A stretch of 63,257 nt of DNA, counting the filler, from an uncultured bacterium (lineage in GTDB: Bacteria > Latescibacterota > UBA2968): assembly GCA_964471275.1 (NCBI GenBank). It is 3 parts of 3 records of this genome, joined end to end, with 100 filler letters (N's around TTAATTAATTAA, not from the genome) between each part and the next. Parts side by side here need not be neighbours in the genome. Positions count along the whole stretch, not along the records: positions 1 to 21,107 come from CAYYGZ010000057.1; positions 21,208 to 42,297 come from CAYYGZ010000058.1; 1 more part is not named here. One strand, given 5' to 3'. Position numbers and translations under genes: made by a program. Each line of letters opens with the position of its first letter. Within the stretch, counting starts at the first letter, position 1. Below, piece after piece: positions 20,439-29,076 of the stretch. The notes under the pieces are model-generated. The model had not been told where the DNA came from and did not search any database. It saw nothing but the letters and a program-made list of their open reading frames with translations.

Positions 20439-21105
20439 TTGTCGTGTCCAGCGACACCGTTCCGACGGAGTAGACATCCACGCCCGGGACGATCTCGTTG
20501 TAGGAGAGGATGGTCAGACTCGGGAATGTCATCTCCGTCACGCGGCGGAACGCCAGTCGCACGTTCGGTGAGGTCAGTACGATCGGTGTTTGCCCGTTTG
20601 AAACCATCGTGTCGATCCGATCCGACAGCGCCTCGGACAGCGCGTTCAGCGTGTCCGGCGCCAGTACCACCTTGATCCCACCGGCCGTGCTCTGCATCGC
20701 ATCGGCGATGATTTGCTCGAGTTCAGGAGACACGGTCAAGACAGGGATGCTGCCCTCGTCATTCTGGAAGAGCTGACAGATCGTTCTCCCGAGCGAACCG
20801 CGCACATACTCCGTCAGAACATCCGGCTCCTTTGTCGCAGCTGCATAATCGGCCAGACACTCCAGGATTGTCTGTGTATCACGCACCGGAATCCGTTCTT
20901 TCAACAGGTTCTGCATGACCTTCTGGACGCCGCCGACAGAAAGGTTGTCCGGGATTAATTCATCGACGACTGTCGGGCTCTTCTCCTTGATCCGATCGAT
21001 GTGTGTCTGCGTGTCCTGCCGCGTCAGCACCTCGAATGCGTGAGATTTGATGATCTCGGTCAGGTGCGTGGCCAGTCCCCACTGCTCGAGCAACAGGTCG
21101 TCGGG
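20428..21105 (-). CDS. flhA: Flagellar export apparatus protein FlhA, C-terminal part (truncated by contig end)
   Basis: ATHLTE...LTRQD...QNLLKERIPVRD..TILE...LTEYVR...ILSYNEI. Confidence 0.92.
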   Translation of the reverse strand, partial: PDDLLLEQWGLATHLTEIIKSHAFEVLTRQDTQTHIDRIKEKSPTVVDELIPDNLSVGGVQKVMQNLLKERIPVRDTQTILECLADYAAATKEPDVLTEYVRGSLGRTICQLFQNDEGSIPVLTVSPELEQIIADAMQSTAGGIKVVLAPDTLNALSEALSDRIDTMVSNGQTPIVLTSPNVRLAFRRVTEMTFPSLTILSYNEIVPGVDVYSVGTVSLDTTNEN

Positions 21106-21107
21106 CG

Positions 21108-21207
21108 NNNNNNNNNNNNNNNNNNNNNNNNNNNNNNNNNNNNNNNNNNNNTTAATTAATTAANNNNNNNNNNNNNNNNNNNNNNNNNNNNNNNNNNNNN
21201 NNNNNNN
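21108..21207. other. Artificial contig linker
   Basis: N-run containing TTAATTAATTAA (stops in all six frames) at 21152-21163. Confidence 0.98.
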
Positions 21208-21579
21208 TATCAGCAACCGCATCCTAACTCTGGATGTGGACACCTGGATGGGGGCAGGTCACATTTCCACTCGAATCTGCTCGCGAAACGATTCGGATTC
21301 TATGCCGTCAATGTCGACTATCGATTGAGCGGCGAGGCGAGATTCCAAAAGGCACTACTGGACGCAAGGTGTGCGATTCGCTGGGTGAGATCTCGGTCCG
21401 ATGGTTTGCGTACTGATTCGGCGCGTGTCTGTGTGTCGGGTGGACCCGCGGGCGTCCACTCGGAGGTCGAGATTTACGAGGTAAAATCACACGCGTGGTT
21501 CAACACGGAGCCAGATCGGACACGCTGCTACGAGCGTATGGAACGATTCCTTGTCGAGCAGTTCGGACTCCAGCGATGA
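21208..21579 (+). pseudogene. Alpha/beta hydrolase (esterase) remnant with internal deletion
   Basis: VNVDYRLSGEA..DARCAIRWVR...VSGGPAG is joined directly to VHSEVEIY..HAWFN; the middle of the fold is missing and the nucleophile Ser reads Pro. Confidence 0.6.
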
Positions 21580-21581
21580 CG

Positions 21582-22538
21582 TCAAACGGGTACTGACGAG
21601 ACGAGATACTTCGATTCTGCCGGGGATGAGACTTCGTAGGACCGACCAGCTGGTATGAAAACAGTCTCTGCAAGCCCCAACGACTCATTCGCTTTGTCGG
21701 CAATGATGTCTATCTGACCTGATATGACGGTCAGGCAAGAGAAGGAGTCCCGGGCGGCGTGCTGCCTGGTCAAGCCACCGCTGAACTGCTCGAGCACGAA
21801 ATGTTCGGAGTTGACCGCGATCGAAGCTTCGACAGGCGCTGGAATGATCGCCGGTTCACCAAAATGGATTACGTCCAGGGACTGATCGATGTGCAGTTCA
21901 CGTAGGGTCCCATCCGCCTCAGGCCGATTATAGTCATACAGTCGAAATGTGATGCTGCTGGACTGTTGTACCTCGTAGACCATAACGCCGCTGCAAAGCG
22001 CGTGAACCGATCCCGGTTTCAGATAGACGATATCACCTTCCTTCACGGAATGGAACTCGACGACATCCTCGACCGTTTCCCCCTGTATCGCTGACACCAA
22101 CGCCTCTTGATCCACTCCTTCCCGCAATCCTGATGCGACGCGCCCGTTTACCGATCGCAGGACAAACCACGCTTCCATCTTGCCGAAGTTGCCGAGTTGG
22201 TTGGCTCGTGCATACGTGTCATCCGGGTGCACCTGAATCGACAGGTCATCGTTCGCGTCGAGCAGTTTGATGAGGAGTGGGAACTCGCCCTTATATCGTT
22301 TCAGTACATCGCTACCGAGCAGGTCTGCCCCATATTCCATTGCGAGGTCTCGAATGTTCTGGCCCTGGAACGGGCCGGCTGCAACGTAGCTCTCCATTCC
22401 GGGCACGGCAGAAATTTCGAAAGATTCACCGATACGCTGACCGTGGGGGAGCCTTTTGCCGAATTCCGTTGAGAGACGGGTTCCTCCCCAGACGACCGGG
22501 CGAAAGTAGGGGAGCATTCTCAATATGGTGGGCAGCAT
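21582..22538 (-). CDS. manA: Mannose-6-phosphate isomerase, class I
   Basis: VWGG, IGESFEIS, FPLLIKLLDANDDLSIQVHPDD, GKMEAWF, HA, EVQQSS.ITFRLYDYNR motifs. Confidence 0.93.
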   Translation of the reverse strand: MLPTILRMLPYFRPVVWGGTRLSTEFGKRLPHGQRIGESFEISAVPGMESYVAAGPFQGQNIRDLAMEYGADLLGSDVLKRYKGEFPLLIKLLDANDDLSIQVHPDDTYARANQLGNFGKMEAWFVLRSVNGRVASGLREGVDQEALVSAIQGETVEDVVEFHSVKEGDIVYLKPGSVHALCSGVMVYEVQQSSSITFRLYDYNRPEADGTLRELHIDQSLDVIHFGEPAIIPAPVEASIAVNSEHFVLEQFSGGLTRQHAARDSFSCLTVISGQIDIIADKANESLGLAETVFIPAGRSYEVSSPAESKYLVSSVPV

Positions 22539-22802
22539 GTTCAAGATTCTATGTCCGGTTTTGGATGACATTTGTGTCGCTGTGAAGGTATCATTTCTGA
22601 GAAATCACGTCAATCCGACGCAATGGGTTTTGGTCCTTGCTCTGCCTGCTCGATGCCGTTACGTTAGGGCGCGCGCCCGTAAACGGCTGGGGCGACCCCC
22701 TTGCAGCATAAGGAGAACCGGCCTGCCTCCAGCGATTCTGATACTTTTCCTCGGGCTTTCGCGGAGCCGGACTGAACCCAGTAAACTGATGAGGAGTTGT
22801 TC

Positions 22803-23615
22803 ATGATCAAACTGTCGACGATGACGAGCGTTACGCCGGATTGGTCGCTCGACCAGATAATCGAAAGCATGCAGAAGTACGGATACGCGGGTCTCGAGCC
22901 CCGTGCGGGTTGGGGGCATGCCGCGGGTCTGGAACTCGACACGGCAGCTGCAGACCGGGACGCCGCGAGGACAAAACTCGAAAGCGCAGGCCTGTCGATC
23001 AGTTGTGTCGCTACGGGAGCCCGATTTGCGACTGAAGACCCAACGGAGCTCGACGGTTACATAGATGAGACGAAGAGGGCAATCGATCTTGCGGCGGATC
23101 TGGGAGGATCGTGTGTGCGGACCTTCGGCGGGGCACGTGGCAAGGGTGAGCTTCGCGGGATCGTCAATCGTACGGCCGAGGCCTACAGACGTGTCGTGGA
23201 TCGTGCCCAGGGGCGGGGTGTAACCGTGCTGATGGAGACGCACGACGAGTGGTGCAACTCAGCCCAGGTGCGGTCAGTTGTCGAATCTGTCAACCATCCG
23301 AACCTCGCTGTGCTCTGGGATTGTATGCACACCCAGCGTATGGGTGAACGTCCCGAAGAGACCATGGGTGTGATCGGCAGTCTCACAAGGCATCTTCACG
23401 CACACGATGGTCGGTATGTGGACGGTGGGACGAAGCTGGAGACGGTCGGGTTGGGCGAAGGGGAACTGGATCATGCAACACCCGTAAAGCTGCTGACCGA
23501 AGCCGGATTCGATGGGTTTTTTTCCGTGGAGGTGATCCACAAGCCGGGCAGTGATCACGATGCAGATGGCGTTATGCGGCAGTACGGAGAGGGTTTCAAG
23601 GCACTGTTGGGCTAG
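22803..23615 (+). CDS. Sugar phosphate isomerase/epimerase (xylose isomerase-like TIM barrel)
   Basis: GYAGLE, METHD, LWD..H, HLHAHD, GEGELD, FSVE metal-site pattern. Confidence 0.85.
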   Translation: MIKLSTMTSVTPDWSLDQIIESMQKYGYAGLEPRAGWGHAAGLELDTAAADRDAARTKLESAGLSISCVATGARFATEDPTELDGYIDETKRAIDLAADLGGSCVRTFGGARGKGELRGIVNRTAEAYRRVVDRAQGRGVTVLMETHDEWCNSAQVRSVVESVNHPNLAVLWDCMHTQRMGERPEETMGVIGSLTRHLHAHDGRYVDGGTKLETVGLGEGELDHATPVKLLTEAGFDGFFSVEVIHKPGSDHDADGVMRQYGEGFKALLG

Positions 23616-23669
23616 AGCAGGAGCAGTATCCTACGAGACGCTCAGGATGGCGACAGGATGTCTTGGAGG

Positions 23670-24269
23670 CTAGGAAGCGTCCGCTATCGGAGGAGGCGTA
23701 GGTGCGACGACATCTCCTGGACGGACGGTCAGAAATCCCTGAAGAGCCTCCTCCCCGGTGTTGCGGAAACCGTGGTTGACGTCAGCCTGATAGGCGATCG
23801 AATCCCCCTTGGTGATGACGGTCTCGTTGGTTCCGGAAATGACCTCGCAAGCGCCCTGACTGACATACAGAATCTCGATCGTACCTTCTGTGTGTGGCGG
23901 GGAGATCACTTCGCCACCCTCACGGATCTCCATGAAGTAGGTTTCGACCTCACGCACCGAGAGCGGGCTGATGATGCGGAATGTTCCATCCCCGTTCTCG
24001 CTCTGTACGATCGTGACCTGGTCGGCGTGGACGGGTTCGAAGAGTATTGTGCTCGGTATGTCGAACAGTTCCTCGAGCCGAACGCCCAGTCCGTGCGCGA
24101 TCTTCCAGATCGTGGCCAGTGTCGGGTTGGTGCGATCTCCCTCGATTTGGGAGAGCATCCCCTTTGAAACGCCGCAGCGACGCGAAAGATCTTCCAGGTT
24201 GTAGCCAACACGCTTACGCAGCCGCTGGACGTTCTTGCCGATCTTCGGTGGCTGGGGGATTCCGGGCAT
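23670..24269 (-). CDS. XRE-family transcriptional regulator with cupin domain
   Basis: IGKNVQRLRK...GVSKGMLSQIEGDRTNPT HTH and C-terminal cupin (H..GTIE...GDSI...HGFRN). Confidence 0.9.
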   Translation of the reverse strand: MPGIPQPPKIGKNVQRLRKRVGYNLEDLSRRCGVSKGMLSQIEGDRTNPTLATIWKIAHGLGVRLEELFDIPSTILFEPVHADQVTIVQSENGDGTFRIISPLSVREVETYFMEIREGGEVISPPHTEGTIEILYVSQGACEVISGTNETVITKGDSIAYQADVNHGFRNTGEEALQGFLTVRPGDVVAPTPPPIADAS

Positions 24270-24419
24270 AGGCGAGATCGATAACTGGGAACAGATGATT
24301 GATAATTGAGAGGCCCTAGTGTCTCGCCTCGTGCAATGAATGACCTAAAGAGGATGTGAGGGCTGCAGTCTTCGTTTCTTCACAACTTCTTTCTTCAATA
24401 TACAGTTCAGGGAGATGAA

Positions 24420-25808
24420 ATGGCAAAACGGAAGCGGAATCTGATACTGTTCGGGATTGACAGTTTGTGGGCAGACCGGATGAGTTGTTATGGCTACGAT
24501 CGGCTGACGTCACCGAACATGGACAAGCTCGCATCACAGGGCGTCCTCTTTGAGAATACATACAGCCCTCACATCCCAACAACATCGGCTTATGCATCCA
24601 TGTTGACTGGTATGGATTGCTTTTCTACTGAAGTTGTCGCACTGCGACATCGGGGCGGGTTGACGAAGAAGGTCAAAACGCTGCCTGAAATGCTGAGGAA
24701 ACAAGGGTACAACACAACGTGCGTGGGCTTTACGGGCAACCCGAGTTCACGCGGATTCGACAAGTATCTGAGCTACGCAGCGTGGGGATCGTGGGACCAG
24801 CGACCTCTGCGCAAAGCTGAGTTGCTGAACGATGTGACAGTTCCCGAGCTGGAGCGTCTGGGCAAGAGCAAGAAGCCGTTCTGTCTGTTTGTCCGGCACA
24901 TGGATCCGCACGCACCCTATCTGCCACCGGCTCCCTATGACACCATGTTCTATGGTGCCGATCCGTGCGCAAAGGGCAACAAGTCGATGGATCCGGTCAA
25001 ATCATTCAAACCGTTCAGCGATTTCCACCTCAGCTGGATGCCGCCGGGCATCACGGATACCGAGTTTGTGAACGCGCAGTATGATGGTGAAATTGCCTAT
25101 ATGGATGCGTGTATTCAGGTCCTCCTGGCCAAGCTGGAGGCAATGGGTCTCGCTGATGACACGCTTGTCGTGTTGAATGGCGATCATGGCGAGACACTCG
25201 ATGAACACGATTGCTACTACGATCACCACGGTCTGTATGAGTGCACGCTGCACGTTCCGTTGATGCTCCGTCTACCCGGTGTCTTGCCGAAAGGCAAACG
25301 GATCTCCGGCTTCAATCAGCACAAAGATCTGGTTCCCACGATCATGCAGTTGCTCGGCGTCAGGCCTGATATCAAGTTCGACGGTCGAAGCTTGCTGCCC
25401 ATGATTAAGGGACAGCGTCCTTCACACGAGAGCGAGTTCTACATCACTGAGGCCACCTGGATGCGAAAGCACGGATGGCGAACGCCGGAATGGAAGTTGA
25501 TCGTGGCGCTGGAGCCCGACTTCCATTTCAAATCGGAGGTTGAGCTCTACAACCTGATTCAGGACCCGGGTGAGACGAAGAACCTGGCAAACAAGGAGAA
25601 GGCGGTTGTTGAGACACTACGGAAGCGTATGGAGGATTGGATCGCGAAGCGGGAAAAGGAGACGGGTAACACGAATCCGATGTATACCAATGTCGACTGG
25701 CACGGCATGAAGGGACACGGCCCGTTCAAGTCATCGCAGGAGGCCTATGACTCGGTCCACATCGGGTCGGCCGAGCGGGCGAAGCAGCTGCAGGAGGGAA
25801 AGAAGTAG
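24420..25808 (+). CDS. Sulfatase-fold (alkaline phosphatase superfamily) hydrolase with non-canonical PTTSAYAS active-site segment
   Basis: IDSL..D, DPHAPY, YDGEI, DHGE, HH.LY and ELYNL..DPGE motifs; the C/SxPxR motif is replaced by TTSAY. Confidence 0.85.
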   Translation: MAKRKRNLILFGIDSLWADRMSCYGYDRLTSPNMDKLASQGVLFENTYSPHIPTTSAYASMLTGMDCFSTEVVALRHRGGLTKKVKTLPEMLRKQGYNTTCVGFTGNPSSRGFDKYLSYAAWGSWDQRPLRKAELLNDVTVPELERLGKSKKPFCLFVRHMDPHAPYLPPAPYDTMFYGADPCAKGNKSMDPVKSFKPFSDFHLSWMPPGITDTEFVNAQYDGEIAYMDACIQVLLAKLEAMGLADDTLVVLNGDHGETLDEHDCYYDHHGLYECTLHVPLMLRLPGVLPKGKRISGFNQHKDLVPTIMQLLGVRPDIKFDGRSLLPMIKGQRPSHESEFYITEATWMRKHGWRTPEWKLIVALEPDFHFKSEVELYNLIQDPGETKNLANKEKAVVETLRKRMEDWIAKREKETGNTNPMYTNVDWHGMKGHGPFKSSQEAYDSVHIGSAERAKQLQEGKK

Positions 25809-25922
25809 CAGGCGATGAGGTAGTGAGGTAGTAAATGGTGAGACCTTTGATGGGGAACTTGCTAGGTCCAGAGCGTCACGAGAGCAACCCGGGGGTGGCA
25901 AAAGGGAGCGAAGATCAGGACG

Positions 25923-27029
25923 ATGGGATCTGAACTACCACTGCTTGAAATCAGCGGGTCACCTAGAGAGCGGGGGCGAGCACACGGGGAGGCCTTTGGG
26001 AGCCTGATTCGTGAGCTTGTTCCCGCTTTCTTCGATGATCTCGAACAGACGAGCAAGAAACACGGTGTGTCGGTCGTAACTCGTGAGAGATCGCTTGAGA
26101 TCGTAGCGACCTATCGCGAACCGACGGAGGACTACGCGCCCGATCTGTTCGAGGAGTTGTGTGGGATCGGGGAGGCGGCGGACGTTGATGTCGATGAAGT
26201 CCTGGCGTTGAACGCTTTTCTTGAGCTTCACGACTACTATTCCGATGCATTCGGGATTTCGGGTTGCACGTCGCTGATAGTGCCAGGCTCAACATCCGGT
26301 GAAGGAGCTCTGATTGCTCAGAATTACGATCTCTCATCGCTATTTGCTGAAGCGGCGGTTCTGATAAAGGTGGTTTCGGATTCGGCGCCGGATGCTCTCT
26401 TCTACACATCAGCCGGGATGCTCGGATGTGCGGGCGTCAATTCGGCCGGGATCGGCGTTGTCATCAACAACCTTGTGCCGTCGGATTCCACGGGCGGAGT
26501 CATCTATCCCTTCATCATCCGGTCGATTCTATCCGCCGTTCGGATTGGTGACGCTATCGACGCTGTCATTGCTCAGCCAAGAGCATCAGGGATGAACTAT
26601 GTGCTCTGCGATGCGAACGGTGAGATCTATGATCTCGAAACGACAGCGACCGAATACGAGGTCATCTGTCCGTTCGATGGCCCAATGGCACACGCCAACC
26701 ACTATCTGACGGACAGACTCAAACCTTACGAACGAAGGCAGTGGGACGCACGCGGGCAGAGTGTTCTCCGATGGGGAAGAGCGACTCGATTGCTCAGGTC
26801 CGATCCGGGGGCGTCTCCCACCGCATTGAAGGAATTCCTGTCGGATCGGGTGAACGCCCCCATAGGGATCTGCAGACATAACGAGGTCGTACACGGCGAG
26901 GCCTGCGGTCAGACGATCGCGGGTATCGTGCTCGACCCACCCGGTAGACGCGCGTGGTTCACGAAGGGACCGACAGGTGTAAACAGGTGGCAGGAGCTGT
27001 CGGTAGAGAACGAAAAGGGAATGATGTGA
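25923..27029 (+). CDS. Peptidase C45 family (acyl-CoA:6-APA acyltransferase-like Ntn hydrolase)
   Basis: ERGRAHG, GCTS autoprocessing site, AQNYD, GVNSAGI, HANHY. Confidence 0.85.
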   Translation: MGSELPLLEISGSPRERGRAHGEAFGSLIRELVPAFFDDLEQTSKKHGVSVVTRERSLEIVATYREPTEDYAPDLFEELCGIGEAADVDVDEVLALNAFLELHDYYSDAFGISGCTSLIVPGSTSGEGALIAQNYDLSSLFAEAAVLIKVVSDSAPDALFYTSAGMLGCAGVNSAGIGVVINNLVPSDSTGGVIYPFIIRSILSAVRIGDAIDAVIAQPRASGMNYVLCDANGEIYDLETTATEYEVICPFDGPMAHANHYLTDRLKPYERRQWDARGQSVLRWGRATRLLRSDPGASPTALKEFLSDRVNAPIGICRHNEVVHGEACGQTIAGIVLDPPGRRAWFTKGPTGVNRWQELSVENEKGMM

Positions 27030-28147
27030 GCGAGGCCAAAACATTCACCGATCGTGTGACCGGACGGACAGTTCGACAGTTGACGGATGGCGACATTCGG
27101 TCGGTTCACAGTTACTATGACATTCCTCCGTGGTCGTCGAAGGATCAGCGGATCGCGTACACACGACTGGAACAAGGTGCCAGCGAGGGTGAGATCTGGA
27201 TCATGGATGTGGATGGAGCGCATCCGAGGAAGCTAGCAGATACGCGCTCTGTTTCGGCGAACGATGGTGCGCACGCTCATTGGACACCGGATGGCACACG
27301 CATCTGTTATCAGGATAAAGAGGGAGACCAGAGTCTCATCGCGTGGATCAATCCAGATACAGGAGCGTCCGCAAACCACGTGGGCGATCTGCGCATGGTC
27401 AGCCCCCGGGAGAACTACAACGCATTCCATACATCCGTCGGTCGCATGCCGGATCACGAGGTGATCGAGAAGCGTGCAGAGTGCGGTATCTTCGCGCAGA
27501 ATCTGGATGATGGTACATTCAAGATGCTCGCGAACGTTGAGGACTGTCGGTTGATCCATCCGCGAAGGGATGAGATCGAAGGGTGGCACCTGTATATCAA
27601 GCACAGCAAGTGGTCGCCTGACGGAAGCCAGATGATGTTCGTGTTTACGAACGAGATCCGATTTGCGAACAAGTATGTCGAACTGCCACGGGTGAAGGAC
27701 ATCTATGTGGTCAATGCAGATGGAACCGATCTGAAGCGTGTGGGTGAATTCGGCAATCACCCGCTGTGGCACCCGAACGGGAAGGAGATTCTGACGAACA
27801 GCCCGTATGAGGGGCGCCCCGGAAACAGCCTGGTGCTGACGGATGTCAAAACGGGTGAGGACCGACTGGCAACCGGAAAGATCGGCGGGTCCGGACATCC
27901 GTCGTTCTCGCCCGATGGTAGAAAGATCCTCGTCGACTATGTTCATGGGGGCGAGGGGTATGGCTCTCTGAACCTGGTCGACGTTGTCTCGGGATACGTG
28001 GAGCATTTGATTCAGACACGGGTAATCGATCACTCGCACGTGGGGACGCATCTCCATCCGGTGTGGCGTCTGGATGGAAAGCAGGTGATGTATGCGAGTG
28101 ACGCGACGGGAACGGCGCAGCTCTGTGTGATTGATATCCAGGATTGA
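27026..28147 (+). CDS. TolB-like/oligogalacturonate lyase-like beta-propeller protein
   Basis: DRVTGRTVRQLT..HSYYD..PW start; repeated WSPDG/FSPDG; HLHPVW; GTG start overlaps upstream stop. Confidence 0.7.
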   Translation: MSEAKTFTDRVTGRTVRQLTDGDIRSVHSYYDIPPWSSKDQRIAYTRLEQGASEGEIWIMDVDGAHPRKLADTRSVSANDGAHAHWTPDGTRICYQDKEGDQSLIAWINPDTGASANHVGDLRMVSPRENYNAFHTSVGRMPDHEVIEKRAECGIFAQNLDDGTFKMLANVEDCRLIHPRRDEIEGWHLYIKHSKWSPDGSQMMFVFTNEIRFANKYVELPRVKDIYVVNADGTDLKRVGEFGNHPLWHPNGKEILTNSPYEGRPGNSLVLTDVKTGEDRLATGKIGGSGHPSFSPDGRKILVDYVHGGEGYGSLNLVDVVSGYVEHLIQTRVIDHSHVGTHLHPVWRLDGKQVMYASDATGTAQLCVIDIQD

Positions 28148-28295
28148 GGATTGAGGGGATGTCGACAGGATTGGTTTGGGAATGATGTAGCTGTCGAGAG
28201 GATGGTCCAGAACTGGGAGGGGTCCCTCGGTGCGCCCACCTGCAGTGGGCTATTCGGGACGATCAAGATTGCGACCGAACTTCGGAGAGAAGCGT

Positions 28296-29003
28296 ATGGA
28301 AGTTGAGATCAGGAATCTGTTTCGGGCACATTACGGGGTGCCGAATGGACTTCAGATTACCGATCAGGGACTGTGGATTGCGGATCAGGTGACGGATCGG
28401 TGTGCGCTGATGGAGATCGGCGAGCCCGACGAGGTCTACAGGGTTGCTAAGCTGATCAAAGAGATTCCTTCCGAGTCGTCGAATACGAGCGGTCTGACGT
28501 ATGGCGAGGGACTGCTCTGGTTTGCGGCGAACGGGGCCGGTGGGAGGTGGCGGTCGGCGCGGGACACGGATGCGCCTTCGGGTGAGGTGCTGGGTGTCGA
28601 TCCGGAGACAGGTGAGACGAAACGCCGGGAGAAGATTCCGGACGGGGGCGGCACGCACGGGATCGAGTATGATCCCATCGAGCCGGGAACGCTCTGGCTG
28701 ACGACTCTCAAATCGCAGACGGCAACGCAGGTGAAGATTTCGGACTGGTCGATTCTGCGTGAGGTCAAGTTGCCCTACGTTCGTGCGCACGGAATGATTC
28801 GGGTGGTAGATGGCCTCTGGGTGGTACACACGGGCGACCGTGTCATCTTGAAACTGGATGTGGAGACAAACGAGGAGAAGGATCGGATCGAAGTACCGGA
28901 GCCACATCCCGAACCGCACGGATTATCGAAGCTGACGGACAGTTCGTGGATCTACTGTGATGCTGCATCGGGGTGGGTGGCGGAGATTCAACTAAACCAA
29001 TGA
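28296..29003 (+). CDS. Hypothetical beta-propeller protein (Vgb/glutaminyl cyclase-like repeats)
   Basis: Repeated PNGL / TSGL / THGI / AHGM / PHGL followed by LW blade motifs. Confidence 0.65.
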   Translation: MEVEIRNLFRAHYGVPNGLQITDQGLWIADQVTDRCALMEIGEPDEVYRVAKLIKEIPSESSNTSGLTYGEGLLWFAANGAGGRWRSARDTDAPSGEVLGVDPETGETKRREKIPDGGGTHGIEYDPIEPGTLWLTTLKSQTATQVKISDWSILREVKLPYVRAHGMIRVVDGLWVVHTGDRVILKLDVETNEEKDRIEVPEPHPEPHGLSKLTDSSWIYCDAASGWVAEIQLNQ

Positions 29004-29011
29004 CAGGCGAG

Positions 29012-29066
29012 CAAGTGACAAATGGCAAGAGGGTCGAGTCTTCGCTCCCTTGTCGCGTGTCACTTG
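29012..29066. repeat. Intergenic inverted repeat built from heptamer units
   Basis: CAAGTGA-CAAATGG-CAAG on the left, CTTG...TGTCACTTG on the right; a perfect 9 bp arm (29012-29020 / 29058-29066). Confidence 0.7.
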
Positions 29067-29076
29067 TCATTTGAAT

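Noticed and set aside
21075..21107. Odd residues (PDDLLLEQWG) before FlhA ATHL, suggesting a fusion
   Set aside because: These are the last ~30 nt of a contig and most likely a chimeric or low-quality end.
21152..21163. TTAATTAATTAA palindrome inside N runs (also at 42342-42353)
   Set aside because: Artificial six-frame-stop contig linker; adjacency across it has no biological meaning.
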